Assembly: GCA_051532035.1 (NCBI GenBank)
Contig: JAOPTW010000014.1
Span: 133,470 to 197,469 of the forward strand
From: Fibrobacterales bacterium
GTDB lineage: Bacteria; Fibrobacterota; Fibrobacteria; Fibrobacterales; JAOPTW01
DNA length: 64,000 bases
Direction: 5' to 3'
Made by a program: the position numbers and the translations under genes. The notes below the pieces were generated by a model. The model saw nothing but the letters and a program-made list of their open reading frames with translations, was not told where the DNA came from and ran no database searches. Shown in pieces: positions 62,471 through 64,000 of the stretch (positions are counted from its first letter, which is position 1; the number at the start of each line of letters is the position of its first letter).

Positions 62471-63904
62471 TCACACCCATTCGTTACGCGTAGTATGATC
62501 CCTCAATGTAGAATCTTTCCCTTGTATACACCACTCTCTGATGCGCTGCCACTGCAGATAGGTTCGTTCAGAAAGAGCACACATTGTAATGGTTTCAAAG
62601 CCAATCATACTTGGCTTTATAGTATCATTCAGTTGCTCAACGAGGGGTGAATTAAATCCCGTCCTCCCGTGTATTGCACCCACAATATTACCAACAGTCG
62701 CACCATTACAGTCAGTATCAAGACCTGCCGCGACGGTAGTACAAATGGCAATATGAGGGTCTAAATCGCTATAAGCCATACCAACAATACAGACGAGCGC
62801 ATTATTAATAGTGTGTACTGGACTCATTCCTTGATAGCTCTCTTCAATATGTTCCATGAGTTTTTCCCAGTCATCATACTGCTCTATCCATTCGAGGAGC
62901 TGTTTGACAGCGAGTGCAAGGCGACACTCTTTAGGAATTTCACTTAACCCAATAGCAACGAGTTTTTTCCAATTACCTTCGACAAAGGCGGCTGCCTGTA
63001 TAGCGGCAAAGAACATCTCACCATAAATACCATTACGTTCATGAGTCCAGTGGGCGTCGCGCCAGGCGAACTCAGCAGCCAGTTCAGGGTTCCCTGCAGC
63101 ACACCATGCAAAGCCATCTGCTCTAATCTGCGCTCCAATCCATTCTCGATAGGGGTTACGATACCGACGGGTAAACTCTGGGGTTGCAACGGTATCCCAG
63201 GTTAATCTGTTCGTTTTATTCCAGTAGTTTAAAATTCCCTGTGTTTCTGCAGTGCATATTGCACTATACGGGAGGTGCTCCGACCAATACTGAGCAACAG
63301 AGTTCCAGGTGAAATTGGGACCATAGGTTTCAATGACCCCAAGACCTACCAAGGAGTAGTGAATATCATCATCCGGCTCCATATACGCAATATGCTCTCT
63401 TTGTGATGCCGGGCACCAAAGTTCTAAAGACATTTCTTCTGCCCCCTTCCCCGAAACATAATCATTGAGGGGCCACTCGTTTTGTTTACACAATAACCGC
63501 TTGATATCCTTACGACCGGTAAATGCACCATTAAAAACACCAAAGCCCACTCCCTCAATCGGCTTTCCAAGTGCACATCCAACCGCACGACCGGTCCATG
63601 CACCATGAAATTTATCGAGAGCTTCTTCTTCAGACGGGTTCCAATTGAAATTACGAGGTCCATCAGGGCGAAGTGCTTTAATTGCATTTAAATCATTGGG
63701 TTCACAAGCTGAGAGTTCTTGATCATCGGCAAGGGCCATCACCGCATCATAGAGAGGAGTTACGGCATCGTTATTCCATCGATCGGTATCCATGGAGAGC
63801 GCATCAATAGCTTCTTGAAGATCTTCAGGTATCACACACCCTTCATCACGCCGTTGACGCAGTTCTTCGTGAAGTAACTCTAATGGATTAGTCCAACCCG
63901 CCAT
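62471..63904 (-). CDS. ADP-ribosylglycohydrolase-family protein
   Basis: GAWTGRAVGCALG.P.E, EPDDDIHY, EWIGAQIRAD, GLDTDCNGATVG. Confidence 0.88.
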   Translation of the reverse strand: MAGWTNPLELLHEELRQRRDEGCVIPEDLQEAIDALSMDTDRWNNDAVTPLYDAVMALADDQELSACEPNDLNAIKALRPDGPRNFNWNPSEEEALDKFHGAWTGRAVGCALGKPIEGVGFGVFNGAFTGRKDIKRLLCKQNEWPLNDYVSGKGAEEMSLELWCPASQREHIAYMEPDDDIHYSLVGLGVIETYGPNFTWNSVAQYWSEHLPYSAICTAETQGILNYWNKTNRLTWDTVATPEFTRRYRNPYREWIGAQIRADGFAWCAAGNPELAAEFAWRDAHWTHERNGIYGEMFFAAIQAAAFVEGNWKKLVAIGLSEIPKECRLALAVKQLLEWIEQYDDWEKLMEHIEESYQGMSPVHTINNALVCIVGMAYSDLDPHIAICTTVAAGLDTDCNGATVGNIVGAIHGRTGFNSPLVEQLNDTIKPSMIGFETITMCALSERTYLQWQRIREWCIQGKDSTLRDHTTRNEWV

Positions 63905-64000
63905 ATATCCCCCTAATGATACCTTTCATGTGTTTAGAAAAATAAGTTATTTTCTTACAACACCTACAGGAGAATAAAAAAAAGGCAGTTACTTTATGTT

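Noticed and set aside
62471..63904. Functional link between the ADP-ribosylglycohydrolase and NrtR as an ADP-ribose system
   Set aside because: The genes are ~58 kb apart, I found no NrtR-like operator, and no ADP-ribosyltransferase is in the window.

Overview
AT-rich bacterial chromosomal window, very likely Fibrobacterota. This rests on lineage-typical families: two TIGR02147 genes, two fibro-slime proteins, a FISUMP lipoprotein, many Ser-rich-linker lipoproteins and T9SS-like C-termini. It holds housekeeping genes (typA, yqgF/ruvX, DEAD helicase, map, GT9) and a beta-glucan cluster (GH16, CBM4-like, two GH3). It also holds many secreted or surface glycan-related proteins and a block of small detox/redox genes. 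I saw no rRNA, tRNA, CRISPR array or intact mobile element. Best candidates for new biology: (1) a TPR lipoprotein, membrane Ser/Thr kinase and FHA-GAF sigma54 activator operon directly followed by a canonical -24/-12 promoter in front of a periplasmic protein built from Spy/ZraP-like MTDEQ repeats; (2) a CBM6-CBM6-GH5-GH5 protein whose two GH5 domains have both lost the catalytic nucleophile; (3) TIGR02147-lipoprotein pairs sharing a conserved N-terminal motif but with different C-terminal domains; (4) a secreted protein with an unassigned GH-like domain. All family calls come from motif recognition by eye; no searches were run.
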